Positions 1-9,396 are shown, numbered from the stretch's first letter. The stretch: DNA of 64,000 nt from Minisyncoccota bacterium (GCA_041917695.1 JAYRXE010000037.1:536173-600172), one strand, 5' to 3'. Program-made: numbers and translations. The notes: generated from the letters alone by a model not told the origin.

Positions 1-485
1 ATAGCGCCAATCTCATTATTTCCATGCATCACTGACACGAGCGCCGTCCGTTCGTCGAGCGCTTTACTTACTTTCTCGAAGGAAACTCGTCCGTCCGTTT
101 CGGGATCTACAAAAACCACTTCGACCCCCTCTTCCCGGAGCGCGCGCGCAAGCTCAAAGATTGAGGCGTGTTCCACGGAAGATACGACAATTTTCGGCTG
201 TGTTCCCGGAAAAGCATTTCTGAAACAGCTAACGACTCCCCGCACATATGCATTGTTCGCTTCGGTCGCCGAGGAAAAGAAAATCATGCCCCGGAAATCG
301 GTTTGGAGCGCCTTCGCGGCGTATTCGCGGGCTGTATCGAGCGCCGCCATCGCCTCGCGTCCGAATCCATGGATTGATTCCGAATTGCCGAAAGCCGACG
401 AGAAAAAAGGGAGCATTTTTTTCAGCACCCGCGGGGCGACCGGCGTTGTCGCCGCATAGTCCAGGTAAAGCCTCTTTCGGTCCAT
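1..485 (-). CDS. cysteine desulfurase (class V aminotransferase, IscS/NifS-like), N-terminal part; 3' end beyond window start
   Basis: Reverse-strand translation from ATG at 485: MDRKRLYLDYAATTPVAPRVLKKMLPFF...GNSESIHGFGREA...VSSVEHASIFELARAL, typical N-terminal region of IscS/NifS; runs off the window edge, so absent from the ORF track. Confidence 0.75.
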   Translation of the reverse strand, partial: MDRKRLYLDYAATTPVAPRVLKKMLPFFSSAFGNSESIHGFGREAMAALDTAREYAAKALQTDFRGMIFFSSATEANNAYVRGVVSCFRNAFPGTQPKIVVSSVEHASIFELARALREEGVEVVFVDPETDGRVSFEKVSKALDERTALVSVMHGNNEIGA

Positions 486-589
486 ATGGCTTGGATTATA
501 GGTTCACCCCGCCCGTTCTCAAATTGACTAATTATTTTTTTTGTTATGTACTGAGCTCAGTAAATTACGAACTATACAAGGAGGTTCCT

Positions 590-1042
590 GTGGAATTCAT
601 ATATTCCCCAAACAAATTGCCCATCCTCTGCGCCTATGGGGTACTCCGCACTTCCTCCGGCGAAGTTATCGTAGTGCAGGACAGAAAGGACATAGGCTCA
701 AAAAGAAAAAAATTCCCCGGCGGGAAGATAAAACTCGAAAAAGATGGGACTCCGCTTGAAACGCCCGAACAAGCTCTCGTGCGCGAACTTAAGGAAGAAA
801 TCACGCTTATCCGGCCGATAACCTTAGCGGACATGCTCGTGAAAGAGAAGCCTCACCAGGCGCATGCCATGGCTTTTTATTTCATCGCAGAACCCGTGTC
901 ACTTGAGGAACTCGCCCCGGGAAGAAAGGTTCAGGCGATCCACGCGCTTACCCATGCCGAGCTTCAGAGAGAGATGCCGTGGATGCTCGATGCGCATGGC
1001 GAAATCGCAAGCACACTCACCTTTCCCGTCTCCGCAGAATGA
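590..1042 (+). CDS. NUDIX hydrolase
   Basis: NUDIX box GGKIKLEKDGTPLETPEQALVRELKEEITL; AAGGAGG RBS at 578-584 followed by GTG 590 in frame; the long upstream extension of ORF 248..1042 is non-coding. Confidence 0.7.
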   Translation: MEFIYSPNKLPILCAYGVLRTSSGEVIVVQDRKDIGSKRKKFPGGKIKLEKDGTPLETPEQALVRELKEEITLIRPITLADMLVKEKPHQAHAMAFYFIAEPVSLEELAPGRKVQAIHALTHAELQREMPWMLDAHGEIASTLTFPVSAE

Positions 1043-1051
1043 TTTGAAAAA

Positions 1052-1072
1052 CAAAGCCCTTTATCGGGGCTT
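1052..1072. terminator. bidirectional intrinsic terminator hairpin between NUDIX (+) and mgtC-like (-)
   Basis: aagccc-tttatc-ggggctt stem-loop flanked by T/A runs. Confidence 0.5.
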
Positions 1073-1077
1073 TTTAT

Positions 1078-1566
1078 TTATTCGGCCGATTTGCGAAACA
1101 TCCTATGGATATCGAGATGCCGCAATAATATCAAAAGAATCACGACGAGCGCCGTTGCGGCAACCGCAAACGTCGTGAGCCCCAAGCCGCACAAGAGACC
1201 GATCGCCGCGACGAGCCATACCGTCGCCGCCGTCGTTACGCCATATACGTGCACGCCGTGCTGGACGATAATTCCCGCCCCTAAAAAACCGATGCCAACT
1301 ACGATATTTCCGATAAGGATCATCCAGCCGCTGTTTCCCGCAATGATGCGCGAAAGCTCTTCACCGTTAGAGGCGACAAGATGCGGGAGCAGCAATCCCG
1401 CCATGGTGAATATCGCCGAGCCGGCGGCAACCAATACGTCCGTTCGAAGGCCCGCGGCCTTGCCGGCCAGCTCGCGTTCAACGCCGATAATGGCGCCGAG
1501 CAGGATGGCAATCCCGAGCCGGATCAACATATCGTCAAAGGGAAGCATATGCATGAAGTATAGCAA
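1078..1566 (-). CDS. MgtC/SapB family membrane protein
   Basis: Motif LLGAIIGVERELAGKAAGLRTDVLVAAGSAIFT typical of MgtC; multiple TM helices. Confidence 0.75.
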   Translation of the reverse strand: MLYFMHMLPFDDMLIRLGIAILLGAIIGVERELAGKAAGLRTDVLVAAGSAIFTMAGLLLPHLVASNGEELSRIIAGNSGWMILIGNIVVGIGFLGAGIIVQHGVHVYGVTTAATVWLVAAIGLLCGLGLTTFAVAATALVVILLILLRHLDIHRMFRKSAE

Positions 1567-1570
1567 AAAT

Positions 1571-1595
1571 AAAAACCCCGTATAACGGGGTTTTT
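1571..1595 (-). terminator. intrinsic terminator downstream of lipoprotein gene
   Basis: aaaaaccccg-tataa-cggggttttt. Confidence 0.55.
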
Positions 1596-1617
1596 ATCTA
1601 TATTTCGCAAATGCAGA

Positions 1618-1950
1618 TTATTTGCTTTGCGGAAATGGGAGAGGGGGAAGTAAAACCGTATCTTTTTTATCTACAGGGGACGGCTTATTCTTCTCGTCAA
1701 ACTGCGAAACAACCTCAACATTCTTTAAGCTGTCGCACGGCACGCATGCGATTGAAAGGACATTCAAACCTGGATAAGAAGTGGATCGTACCGTCGCAAA
1801 ACAGAGACCCGTTCTCGTATCTTTTACATACACAAGTTTTTCTACTACTTCTTTCGTTTCATTTTCGGAAGCCGTTTTTAAAGATGTGCGACTACCGCAC
1901 GCAGAAAAAGTTACTGCCAGTAACGCATATAAAACAAACAGTTTTTTCAT
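1618..1950 (-). CDS. small lipoprotein (signal peptide + lipobox FSAC), unknown function
   Basis: MKKLFVLYALLAVTFSACGS...; AT-rich local composition. Confidence 0.55.
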   Translation of the reverse strand: MKKLFVLYALLAVTFSACGSRTSLKTASENETKEVVEKLVYVKDTRTGLCFATVRSTSYPGLNVLSIACVPCDSLKNVEVVSQFDEKNKPSPVDKKDTVLLPPLPFPQSK

Positions 1951-2051
1951 TTGTATTACCTCATTTAAGTTCTTAATTATTCTAATTTAATTATAGCAGT
2001 TATTTAGTATATTGTCAATATCCCATTTATTGACCCTGAATCGAGGGAAAT

Positions 2052-2081
2052 AAAAAACGCCAAGGTGAACCCAGGCGTTTC
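2052..2081 (-). terminator. intrinsic terminator downstream of bcp
   Basis: AACGCC...GGCGTT hairpin followed by U-run on minus strand. Confidence 0.45.
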
Positions 2082-2120
2082 TATCCCTACAGCAGAATAG
2101 CCCAATCTAGATATCCCTCT

Positions 2121-2567
2121 CTACTTCTCCGATTTCAATACTTCAAAATCCTTCAAGACTTCTTCGGCGTGCGTTTCGGGCGTTACCTTTGCATACGCCT
2201 TCCGCACGATTCCCTCCGGATCGATAAGATACGAGATGCGCTTCCTCCCCTCCTCATCGGCGCCGTAGGCGTGAATGACCGCCTGTTCGGCATCCGAAAG
2301 GAGCAAAAACGGAAGGGAATATTTCTCCGCAAACTGCGCATGGCTTTCAGGAGCGTCCTTTGAAATGCCGACGATTTCCAATTCGGAATCCTTGAATGCC
2401 GGGAAATTGTCGCGCAAGACGCACGCTTCTTTCGTGCATCCCGGCGTGTCGTCCTTGGGATAAAAATACACCAAAATCCACTTCCCGCGGTAATCGTGGA
2501 GCGCATGAGGCGTACCCGCCTTATCGGGAAGGATGAAATCGGGCGCGAGCGTGTTTTCGAGAACCAT
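2121..2567 (-). CDS. bcp: thiol peroxidase / peroxiredoxin, Bcp type (AhpC/TSA family)
   Basis: LAPDFILPDKAGTPHALHDYRGKWILVYFYPKDDTPGCTKEAC; true start at internal MVLENT (ATG rc at 2565-2567); the 247-aa ORF upstream extension is spurious. Confidence 0.8.
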   Translation of the reverse strand: MVLENTLAPDFILPDKAGTPHALHDYRGKWILVYFYPKDDTPGCTKEACVLRDNFPAFKDSELEIVGISKDAPESHAQFAEKYSLPFLLLSDAEQAVIHAYGADEEGRKRISYLIDPEGIVRKAYAKVTPETHAEEVLKDFEVLKSEK

Positions 2568-2574
2568 ACGGGAA

Positions 2575-3552
2575 TTACTCAGAAAGGAAGCGCTCCGTGA
2601 CGGCGAAGGAGCCGATGCGGTGAATCTTCGGGCAGTCCATCTTCGCCGGCGCGCCGATCGGGAGCGTGAGCGAGGGAACGTCGTGGCCGAAATCCGCGCC
2701 GAAGAGAATCGGGAAATTATATCCGTCGGTCGCGCCCAAAACCACGTCTTCAAGCGCCAAAGGCTTATCAAGCGCGGCCCACAGGTCGTTATCACCCTCG
2801 ATCGGCTCGAGGTTCGTGATTTTCCCGACCACCATGCCTTCGATCTTCTTGAAGACTTTCGCAACGCGAAGGCGCCACAAATAATTATCTATCTCCTCGA
2901 TGGTGGCATTCACTTCTTCCCAAAAGAGTATCTTCCCGTCCCACTTCGGCTCATACGGCGTGCCAAGCAAGCTGCACAGAATATTCAGATTGCCGCCGAC
3001 GAGCTCCCCTTCCGCGCGCCCGGGCTTCAAGGCCTTCCATTCGGTGAACGCTTTGTATTTCTCCGGCACACCCTTCATAAGGGAGTCCTTCAACGACGTT
3101 GCCGTGTATTTGCCGCCCTTCGTGCGCGGCGAATCGAGCGTTTCAATCGTCGGGCCGTGGAACGTTACGAGTCCGGTCTTCTGGTTTATCGCATTCAAGA
3201 GCGTCGTGATATCGGAAAACCCGATAAACACCTTCGGGTTTTTCTTTATGAGGTCCCAATCGATGTCGGGCAGAAGCTGGAGCGATGCGTAGCCGCCCGC
3301 CGTGCAGAAGATCCCCTTCACCTCGTCGTCCGCGAACATCGCGTGGAAGTCGGAAAGGCGGTCCTCACGCGGCCCCGCCTGGTAGTTGCCATGCACCGCA
3401 AAGGCGCGGGGACCGAGCTTCGGCTTGAAACCGAGGCTCTCAAGGACTTTAATGCCGTACGAAAGGTCCTCCTTCGAAACGACGGGGCTCGAAGGCGAAA
3501 TAACGCCGATTATATCTCCTTTTTTCAGTTTTGGGGGCTTTATCGGGTCCAT
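2575..3552 (-). CDS. ldcA: LD-carboxypeptidase (peptidase S66, muramoyl-tetrapeptide carboxypeptidase)
   Basis: GDIIGVISPSSP N-terminal motif, S66 family length and layout. Confidence 0.75.
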   Translation of the reverse strand: MDPIKPPKLKKGDIIGVISPSSPVVSKEDLSYGIKVLESLGFKPKLGPRAFAVHGNYQAGPREDRLSDFHAMFADDEVKGIFCTAGGYASLQLLPDIDWDLIKKNPKVFIGFSDITTLLNAINQKTGLVTFHGPTIETLDSPRTKGGKYTATSLKDSLMKGVPEKYKAFTEWKALKPGRAEGELVGGNLNILCSLLGTPYEPKWDGKILFWEEVNATIEEIDNYLWRLRVAKVFKKIEGMVVGKITNLEPIEGDNDLWAALDKPLALEDVVLGATDGYNFPILFGADFGHDVPSLTLPIGAPAKMDCPKIHRIGSFAVTERFLSE

Positions 3553-3651
3553 AATAGGGGGTGGGGTTTTGAAGCCTCGGGATTATACCCGGAATGGCCC
3601 TTCCCGGCAATCAGAGGTATTTTTGCCCTTCACATGTATACTTAAAGCCAT

Positions 3652-4203
3652 ATGGAGCATAAAAAACTCGGCGATAAGACCCTTTTCCTCTTTGTTTTAA
3701 AGCGGAGCGGGTTCTTTTTTCTTTCGCTCATCGTACTCTTTGCCGTCATCGGCTTGTGGGGAATACTTCCGGAATCCCTGCAACGGTATGTGGCGCTCGC
3801 AAATTTTCTCTTTGTCGTTTTCGTGCTCATTGTCGCGGCGGCGACCTTCGGCATCGCCTCCCTGGAATACCGCAATTACACCATCTCCGTCCTCGAGAAA
3901 AACGTGAAAATCACCCGCGGCATCCTAAACCGCGTCGAAATCGGCATTCCCTACCGCCGCGTGAAGCGCGTCGACATTATTCGTACGCTCATGTGCCAAC
4001 TTCTCGGCGTTTCGAACATCCTCATCACGACCCTCGGCGACGATGACGAGACGTCGCACGACGACGAAGTATTGCTCCCCTACATCGCAAAGCCGCTTGC
4101 CGAAAAAATCCAGCACGAAATCCTCCAGCACGCCCAAGTGGAGCAGATTGCCATGGCGCATCCCGGCGCCTCTCCCGAAGAAACGGCTTCCCGGCAGGGC
4201 TAA
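3652..4203 (+). CDS. membrane protein with bacterial PH (bPH_2/YdbS-like) domain
   Basis: Two N-terminal TM helices then ...ITRGILNRVEIGIPYRRVKRVDIIRTLMCQLLGVSNILITTLGDDDE (bPH_2-like). Confidence 0.5.
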   Translation: MEHKKLGDKTLFLFVLKRSGFFFLSLIVLFAVIGLWGILPESLQRYVALANFLFVVFVLIVAAATFGIASLEYRNYTISVLEKNVKITRGILNRVEIGIPYRRVKRVDIIRTLMCQLLGVSNILITTLGDDDETSHDDEVLLPYIAKPLAEKIQHEILQHAQVEQIAMAHPGASPEETASRQG

Positions 4204-4763
4204 GCGTAGGAAGGCGGCTCCTCGCGTATGCCTGAACGGAAATTCGCGTAACGGGCGAAGGCATACAAAATCGAAGACAGCCGGTTCATGAATTTCCGCG
4301 ACGATTCACTGAGCGTCGCTTCCCCTTCCTCGCACGCGTGTACTACGCGGCGCTCCGCGCGGCGCGCGATAGTGCGCGAAAAATCAAAAAAAGCGGCGAG
4401 TTCGGTTCCCCCCGAAACGAAAAAACTTGCGATGGGAGGCATTTCACGCTCCACATCGCCGATGACGTCTTCGATGTATTTCACGCGATCTGCCGATACC
4501 GATTTTTCAGCGCCTGCGAGTTCAGCCTGCACAATGAAAAGCGTGTGCTGGAGCGTTTTAACTATATCCCCCACCTTCTCCTTCCGGCTTATGATTTCCA
4601 AATTTTTTGCATACGCTTTCACCTTCAGCACGCCCAACAGTGAATTTATTTCGTCCACGGTGCCCAACGCTTCCGCACGCAGCGATTTTTTAGACTGACG
4701 CACTCCCTTCGGAGAGTCGAAAAACTTCGTTGTCCCGTCGTCGCCCTTCCCCGTGTATAACAT
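4200..4763 (-). CDS. ATP:cob(I)alamin adenosyltransferase, PduO/MMAB type
   Basis: N-terminal YTGKGDDGTT motif; convergent 4-bp overlap with preceding gene. Confidence 0.8.
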   Translation of the reverse strand: MLYTGKGDDGTTKFFDSPKGVRQSKKSLRAEALGTVDEINSLLGVLKVKAYAKNLEIISRKEKVGDIVKTLQHTLFIVQAELAGAEKSVSADRVKYIEDVIGDVEREMPPIASFFVSGGTELAAFFDFSRTIARRAERRVVHACEEGEATLSESSRKFMNRLSSILYAFARYANFRSGIREEPPSYA

Positions 4764-4880
4764 GCAGGCAATATATCACAGCCGTTTCGGCGCATCACCT
4801 ATTGACTGACATAGAAAAAAGACGGACAATAGTGAAGTTAATTAACAATATTTTTAACTTCAACCGCTGCGGAGGCGCGT

Positions 4881-5069
4881 ATGCTCTACATACAAACTGA
4901 TGGAAGCGACTTTCCGGTAGGAGGCATCCCTGAAACCGTTTTAACCCCTAAAGGAGCCGAAGAATTCGGCTTTGGAATCCCCCACGGGGGAAAAAGGACG
5001 AGGGATCTCATCAAAGAAGTTCGCTCACAAAAAGCAGGCACGGACGAAGACGAAGACGGCGATGAATGA
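4881..5069 (+). CDS. small hypothetical protein (62 aa, acidic C-terminus)
   Basis: ORF followed by a clean + strand terminator (5101-5125); no recognisable domain. Confidence 0.35.
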   Translation: MLYIQTDGSDFPVGGIPETVLTPKGAEEFGFGIPHGGKRTRDLIKEVRSQKAGTDEDEDGDE

Positions 5070-5100
5070 CGACTCAAAGGAGAGGAACAAAGACGATTTT

Positions 5101-5125
5101 ACCCGGCTATTCCAGCCGGGTTTTT
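5101..5125 (+). terminator. intrinsic terminator
   Basis: acccggc-tattcca-gccgggt followed by tttttattt. Confidence 0.55.
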
Positions 5126-5134
5126 ATTTGAGGC

Positions 5135-5590
5135 CTACCGTATCCGCTTCATCAATCCCCACGCCGCCGAAGGGAGATACAGTGCGGCGGTCTTCGTATA
5201 TTTGAAGAAGCTCTTTCCGGTTTCATACGCCTTCCGGATTTTCATAAAACGAGGTTCGAGAATCGCAATGAGTGAAAGCGTAAGACCCATGATGGCTATG
5301 TTGTCGAGGGTTGCCGCGAGCGTCCGGCCCACTACGGCGAACGAAACACCCCCGCTTTTGGGAGCGAGATAGAGCACCTGCAGAAGTGTCTCCTGGAAAA
5401 AACCGTACGCCCCGAAGAAAAACGAGGCCCACAAGAGGTACAACGCCGTCTTGGGGACGAGAAAAAGCTTCTCCTCCGCGCGGTCTGCGTCGTACTGCTT
5501 TATCCGCTCAAGCACCGCCCCGCGCATCAGCGAGAAGTCAGCCTCCGGCGCCGATTGCTCGAAGTATTTTTGTATCTTTTTTTTCATCAT
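5135..5590 (-). CDS. membrane protein immediately downstream of ECF sigma factor (putative anti-sigma factor)
   Basis: 4-bp overlap with sigma gene; cytoplasmic N-terminal segment then TM helices. Confidence 0.5.
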   Translation of the reverse strand: MMKKKIQKYFEQSAPEADFSLMRGAVLERIKQYDADRAEEKLFLVPKTALYLLWASFFFGAYGFFQETLLQVLYLAPKSGGVSFAVVGRTLAATLDNIAIMGLTLSLIAILEPRFMKIRKAYETGKSFFKYTKTAALYLPSAAWGLMKRIR

Positions 5591-6231
5591 ATGGACGTGT
5601 GCGATGTTTTGGGGTGAAGCGTTGCGATGCGGTCTGCTTCAGCCTGCTCGGCGCGTTCCAGTTCCCGCGCAAGGTATTTGCGGCCCCGGTGGAGGCGCGT
5701 CTTCACCGTGTTTTGAGAAATCCCCAAAACTTCGGCAATCTCCTCAATGCTGAACTCGTTGTAATAAAACAAGGTGATAGTCTCTTTGTAATGCAACGGC
5801 ATGTCGGCAAGCGCGCGCTGTACACTTTCGGATTCTTCCCGGCGCATAAAGGCGATTGCGGCGCTCGTATCGTCTTCGTCCGCCGCATGAAGCTCGAGGT
5901 TCGCCGCATTTCCTTCGAGCACTTCGCGGGTATACAGGCTCTTCAACTTTTTTGCGCTTGAAATCGCCACATTGTGGGCGATGGCGAAAAGCCATGAGGG
6001 GAATCGCTCCCGTTCCCGGCAGTACCGCAAATTCACATAGGCTTTATAGAAAGTGTCCTGTAAAAAGTCCTCGCAGTCCTCTTTCCGTCCGGCAATATGC
6101 CACAAATACCCAAAAACCTTCTTTGAATACCGGTCGAAAAGCACCCCGAAAAGCTCGCTATTCCCCAACAGCACGCGTTCGATAATCTCCTTATCGGAAA
6201 AAGCCGTAGTGTTATGAGAGGCGTATTTCAT
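5587..6231 (-). CDS. RNA polymerase sigma-70 factor, ECF subfamily
   Basis: Sigma-70 region 2/4 signatures (FAIAHNVAISSAKK; EIAEVLGISQNTVKTRLHRGRKYL); start placed at internal MKYASHN (ATG rc 6229-6231); longer ORF extension lacks coding features. Confidence 0.8.
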   Translation of the reverse strand: MKYASHNTTAFSDKEIIERVLLGNSELFGVLFDRYSKKVFGYLWHIAGRKEDCEDFLQDTFYKAYVNLRYCRERERFPSWLFAIAHNVAISSAKKLKSLYTREVLEGNAANLELHAADEDDTSAAIAFMRREESESVQRALADMPLHYKETITLFYYNEFSIEEIAEVLGISQNTVKTRLHRGRKYLARELERAEQAEADRIATLHPKTSHTSI

Positions 6232-6502
6232 AAAAAAGCGGAGCCCGGCATGCAGGAGCGTATACCGCACTCGCCTGCAAGCCCTTCCCTGTCTGTATAA
6301 CGTTTCTAGCGATGCCTTCGCTACGTAGACGCCTTCCCCTCCCTCAAGGTTCCCGAAGCGCCCGACGGGAACCTTCCTTTTCCTGGAGCGTCTTTCCCTA
6401 GTGAAACCCATACGCCATATGTCACGAGACAGTCCGCGCCTTCCTCCGCCTCAACTCAATAGGTAAACCAACCAAAGGGATACAAACGAAGAAATAGTGA
6501 CG

Positions 6503-6529
6503 CCCCTCCCCGTGTGCGGAGGGGTTTTT
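6503..6529 (+). terminator. strong + strand intrinsic terminator with no upstream + strand gene (possible sRNA end or leader attenuator)
   Basis: cccctcc-ccgtgtgc-ggagggg followed by tttttgg. Confidence 0.5.
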
Positions 6530-6669
6530 GGAACACAACGCAAGGTCACGCCTTCGGAAGCGGGTCGTCATACTTTCATGCCTCCTGTGTGGGGTGGAAA
6601 GGTCGAAAAAATGCATTTCTTCATATGCCCCGATACGGACCGAAAGCACAGCGAAAGACGAGGCGCGTG

Positions 6670-6867
6670 ATGCGTGAATTCAAGGAAGGGAAACTAAAAA
6701 GCGGACGAAGCGGAAAAAAAGCGACCTCCCGCAAACAAGCCGTCGCTATCGCCCTTTCGGAAGCCCGCAAAAGCGGTGCAAAGGTACCCGCACCCTCCCG
6801 ACGAAAAGCGAAACGAGAGGCTCCGCGCAAAGGAAAAAAGAAGGGGCGTTCATCGAAGAAGAAATAA
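6670..6867 (+). CDS. conserved small basic protein (65 aa)
   Basis: MREFKEGKLKSGRSGKKATSRKQAVAIALSEARKSGAKV... then Lys/Arg-rich tail; resembles a widespread small-protein family (identity from memory, not checked). Confidence 0.5.
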   Translation: MREFKEGKLKSGRSGKKATSRKQAVAIALSEARKSGAKVPAPSRRKAKREAPRKGKKKGRSSKKK

Positions 6868-6873
6868 CACGCT

Positions 6874-7023
6874 ATGCTCACGACTATCGCCATCATCCTC
6901 CTTATTCTGTGGCTTTTGGGCTACATCGCATTTCCGACGCTCGGGTGGTTCATCCACATCCTGCTCGTCGCCGCGATTGTGATATTCCTCATACGCATCA
7001 TCCAGGGCCGGAATCCTGTCTAG
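6874..7023 (+). CDS. lmo0937-family small membrane protein (49 aa)
   Basis: MLTTIAIILLILWLLGYIAFPTLGWFIHILLVAAIVIFLIRIIQGRNPV; below the ORF-track size cut-off; terminator follows. Confidence 0.6.
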   Translation: MLTTIAIILLILWLLGYIAFPTLGWFIHILLVAAIVIFLIRIIQGRNPV

Positions 7024-7052
7024 ACTAAAAATGCGCAAACAGTCTCAATAAA

Positions 7053-7075
7053 AAACCGCCCACGGGCGGTTTTTG
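7053..7075. terminator. bidirectional intrinsic terminator
   Basis: aaaaaccgccc-acg-ggcggttttt. Confidence 0.6.
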
Positions 7076-7077
7076 CG

Positions 7078-7842
7078 TCACTTACGCGACGCAGAGAGTT
7101 CTCTGAATGCCGTTTCCCAATAGGCATACGCGGACTGCTGGATGCTGTTTTCAACAAGGGGAATAGGGTGCGACACCATATATTCCGTCCCCTTCTCAAC
7201 GCCAAACGTTTCGAAAATGGGGCGCACCAGCCAATATCCTCCGTCATACGCCGCCCGTTCATACTCGGCCGGGGAAAAATCATCGCGCTCCAGGTCTTCG
7301 ACAAACATTTCGATTTCAGTCTTATCGCTCATGATGCTTTTCCCGAAATATTCCCCGACGCCTTCCGCAAGCATGTCTACCAACAGTCCCGACTTGGTGT
7401 CTCCGAATTCATCCAGGGGCCATTGTCCCAATCCCATGCGCCTGCTCACCTGGTCGGCGTAGGCGTGCCCCAATTCGTGGCAGACGACAAAGCGCGCGGC
7501 AGCGAGGAGGGAGGTATCGGATTTTCCAAAAAGCGTGTCTTTCTTAAAATCGTCCGGACTTGCCTCCATTTCGGCATACCGGGGAACAAAGAAGAAACGT
7601 TCCGTACCGGGTTCATAGCAGGCTTCAAAGGTCTGTGATTCGCTCATTTGAAACGGCTCCGGCATTCCGAAGACCACCGTCGGGCTCCACCTTTTTTCGA
7701 ATGCGATGCCATGGGTCCTTTCAAGGTATTCCACGGATGCCGAAAGAAGAGCGCGAAAGCGCGTGGCGCTTTCTTCGTCTTGGGCGCGGCACGCCGTCGT
7801 TACGCTCCATAGGCAGGCGATGAAAATCACGAGATGTCTCAT
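7078..7842 (-). CDS. secreted putative zinc metallopeptidase (HEXXH)
   Basis: Signal peptide MRHLVIFIACLWSVTTACRA; VVCHELGHAY zinc-binding motif. Confidence 0.5.
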   Translation of the reverse strand: MRHLVIFIACLWSVTTACRAQDEESATRFRALLSASVEYLERTHGIAFEKRWSPTVVFGMPEPFQMSESQTFEACYEPGTERFFFVPRYAEMEASPDDFKKDTLFGKSDTSLLAAARFVVCHELGHAYADQVSRRMGLGQWPLDEFGDTKSGLLVDMLAEGVGEYFGKSIMSDKTEIEMFVEDLERDDFSPAEYERAAYDGGYWLVRPIFETFGVEKGTEYMVSHPIPLVENSIQQSAYAYWETAFRELSASRK

Positions 7843-7898
7843 GCATGCACCTCCGTTTTAAATTTATAAAATTTCCTGCCCTTATTGTAACAAAAAAA

Positions 7899-8813
7899 TC
7901 AGTCGAAAATCCCGATGCGATACGTATCTATCTCCCGCTGGTCCAGGTCGTAAAAATACTTTTTCTCCGCATGCAGTTTCGTGGCAAGCGCCACCCCGAC
8001 AAAGCGCCAATGCCACGGTTCAAACTGGTAATACGCGTTATTTTTCGGATACGAGAGCACGAATCCGTACCGATAGGCGTTTGCCGTGAGCCAGGCGTAC
8101 TCCGGCGTGTTTTCAAAGGAGACGCTGAGCGTCGGGCCTGTCCGTGTTGCCACGATATCGACGGCCGTGCCGAGCTGATGCTCGGAATACCCCTGGTCTG
8201 CCGAAAACTGGTTTGCCCCCGACCCGTATATGACACGATACCCCGTTTTTACCGCAGTCTGTTCGTCAAACGAGCGGTATGCGGAAACGACGGCAAGCGA
8301 GGACGAGGCCGCGCGGGACGCCTCGATCATGCGCGAAAGATAGGGTACGACGCGCGCATGCGCGTACATGTCCTTTCCGGCGATCGCTCCGTAACTCGGC
8401 GGCACCTGCGCAATCTCGCGCGGAACGTAATGCTCGTTCAAAAAATAAACTTTTGAATATTTTTCAAGAAGTTCCTTGTCGAGCGTTGAAAGTTTCTCGA
8501 GCGTTCCGACCGCGCTCGAAATCCCGCGGATTTGCGACTCAAACGCGTCATTTTTTGATTTTTCCTGCGTGAGCGACCGGGAAAGTCCCTCACTCTCCTC
8601 CTGGGATACAGCAAGGTCGTTTTGAAGCGATGCAATGCGTGCTTCGAATTCCGCCGTCTTCCGCGCCAATTCTTCCCGCGCTGCTCCGAGATCCGTTTCG
8701 GACCTTTCAAACTTGCCGGCTAAATCAAAGTATCGATACCCGCCGTACCCCGCAACGAAAAGCATCGCCAGGGCGATTGCGGGAAATATCATTGAAGACG
8801 TATGGATTTTCAC
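7899..8813 (-). CDS. D-alanyl-D-alanine carboxypeptidase, VanY/M15B family, with N-terminal TM and coiled coil
   Basis: VanY-type motifs SAYRSFDEQ, SEHQLGTAVD, EPWHWRF. Confidence 0.75.
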   Translation of the reverse strand: MKIHTSSMIFPAIALAMLFVAGYGGYRYFDLAGKFERSETDLGAAREELARKTAEFEARIASLQNDLAVSQEESEGLSRSLTQEKSKNDAFESQIRGISSAVGTLEKLSTLDKELLEKYSKVYFLNEHYVPREIAQVPPSYGAIAGKDMYAHARVVPYLSRMIEASRAASSSLAVVSAYRSFDEQTAVKTGYRVIYGSGANQFSADQGYSEHQLGTAVDIVATRTGPTLSVSFENTPEYAWLTANAYRYGFVLSYPKNNAYYQFEPWHWRFVGVALATKLHAEKKYFYDLDQREIDTYRIGIFD

Positions 8814-8827
8814 GGATGAGATTCCAA

Positions 8828-8904
8828 TGGGGTGGATGACGGGTCATGATCCCGCGACCTCCGCTTCCACAGAGCGGCGCTCTACCAACTGAGCTACATC
8901 CACC
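8828..8904 (-). tRNA. tRNA-His (GTG), encoded G-1 and 3' CCA
   Basis: Manual cloverleaf: extra 5' G pairs with C73; anticodon loop CUGUGGA; T-loop AUCAUGA is atypical; CCA encoded. Confidence 0.75.
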
Positions 8905-8979
8905 ATAGGCTCGAAGAAAACGCAGTTTTCTTCTTCCCCCAGGATAGTATGCTACAGGCTTTTTCTCAAGGAGAACGCT

Positions 8980-9396
8980 TTATTCCCCCAGCCACTCTTT
9001 CGGCAAAAATTTCCTCAACTTTTTCTTTTCCGCATCCTTTTTCTTCGCTTCCTGGAAGCGCTGTTCGGCGGATTTGGAGATGCGCGTCGGAATACGGCGC
9101 TTCGGCTTTATGAGTGCCTGTGCGATTGCTTCGCGAAGATGGTTAAGCGCGCGTTCCCGATTCGCTTCTTGCGAGCGTTCTTCGTCGCTTTCCGCTTCAA
9201 GTTCGTCCGCCTGCGTGATACGCGAAGCAAGTTTTTTCCGGAGACGCTCCTTGTCTTCCGGCGACACGAGGATTTTTTCGACCGGAAGCCACACTTGCAC
9301 TTTTGTCGAACGCTTGTTCACGTTTTGTCCGCCGGGACCGCCTGAGCGCGCGGATTTCATTCGCACATCGCGGTCGTCGAAGAGCTTCATCTTCAT
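8980..9396 (-). CDS. arfB: peptidyl-tRNA hydrolase ArfB (class I release-factor GGQ domain, alternative ribosome rescue factor)
   Basis: SGGPGGQNVNK GGQ motif plus basic C-terminal tail, ~138 aa. Confidence 0.75.
   Translation of the reverse strand: MKMKLFDDRDVRMKSARSGGPGGQNVNKRSTKVQVWLPVEKILVSPEDKERLRKKLASRITQADELEAESDEERSQEANRERALNHLREAIAQALIKPKRRIPTRISKSAEQRFQEAKKKDAEKKKLRKFLPKEWLGE

Noticed and set aside
248-1042. 264-aa ORF as the full NUDIX gene
   Set aside because: Only the last ~150 codons carry the NUDIX fold, and an RBS plus GTG sits at 590. The upstream part overlaps the iscS-like gene on the other strand and the intergenic region.
5587-6411. 274-aa extended ECF sigma ORF and 247-aa extended bcp ORF (2121..2864)
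   Set aside because: The N-terminal extensions are Arg/Ser-rich non-coding-like sequence; conserved domains begin at internal Met codons (6231 and 2567).
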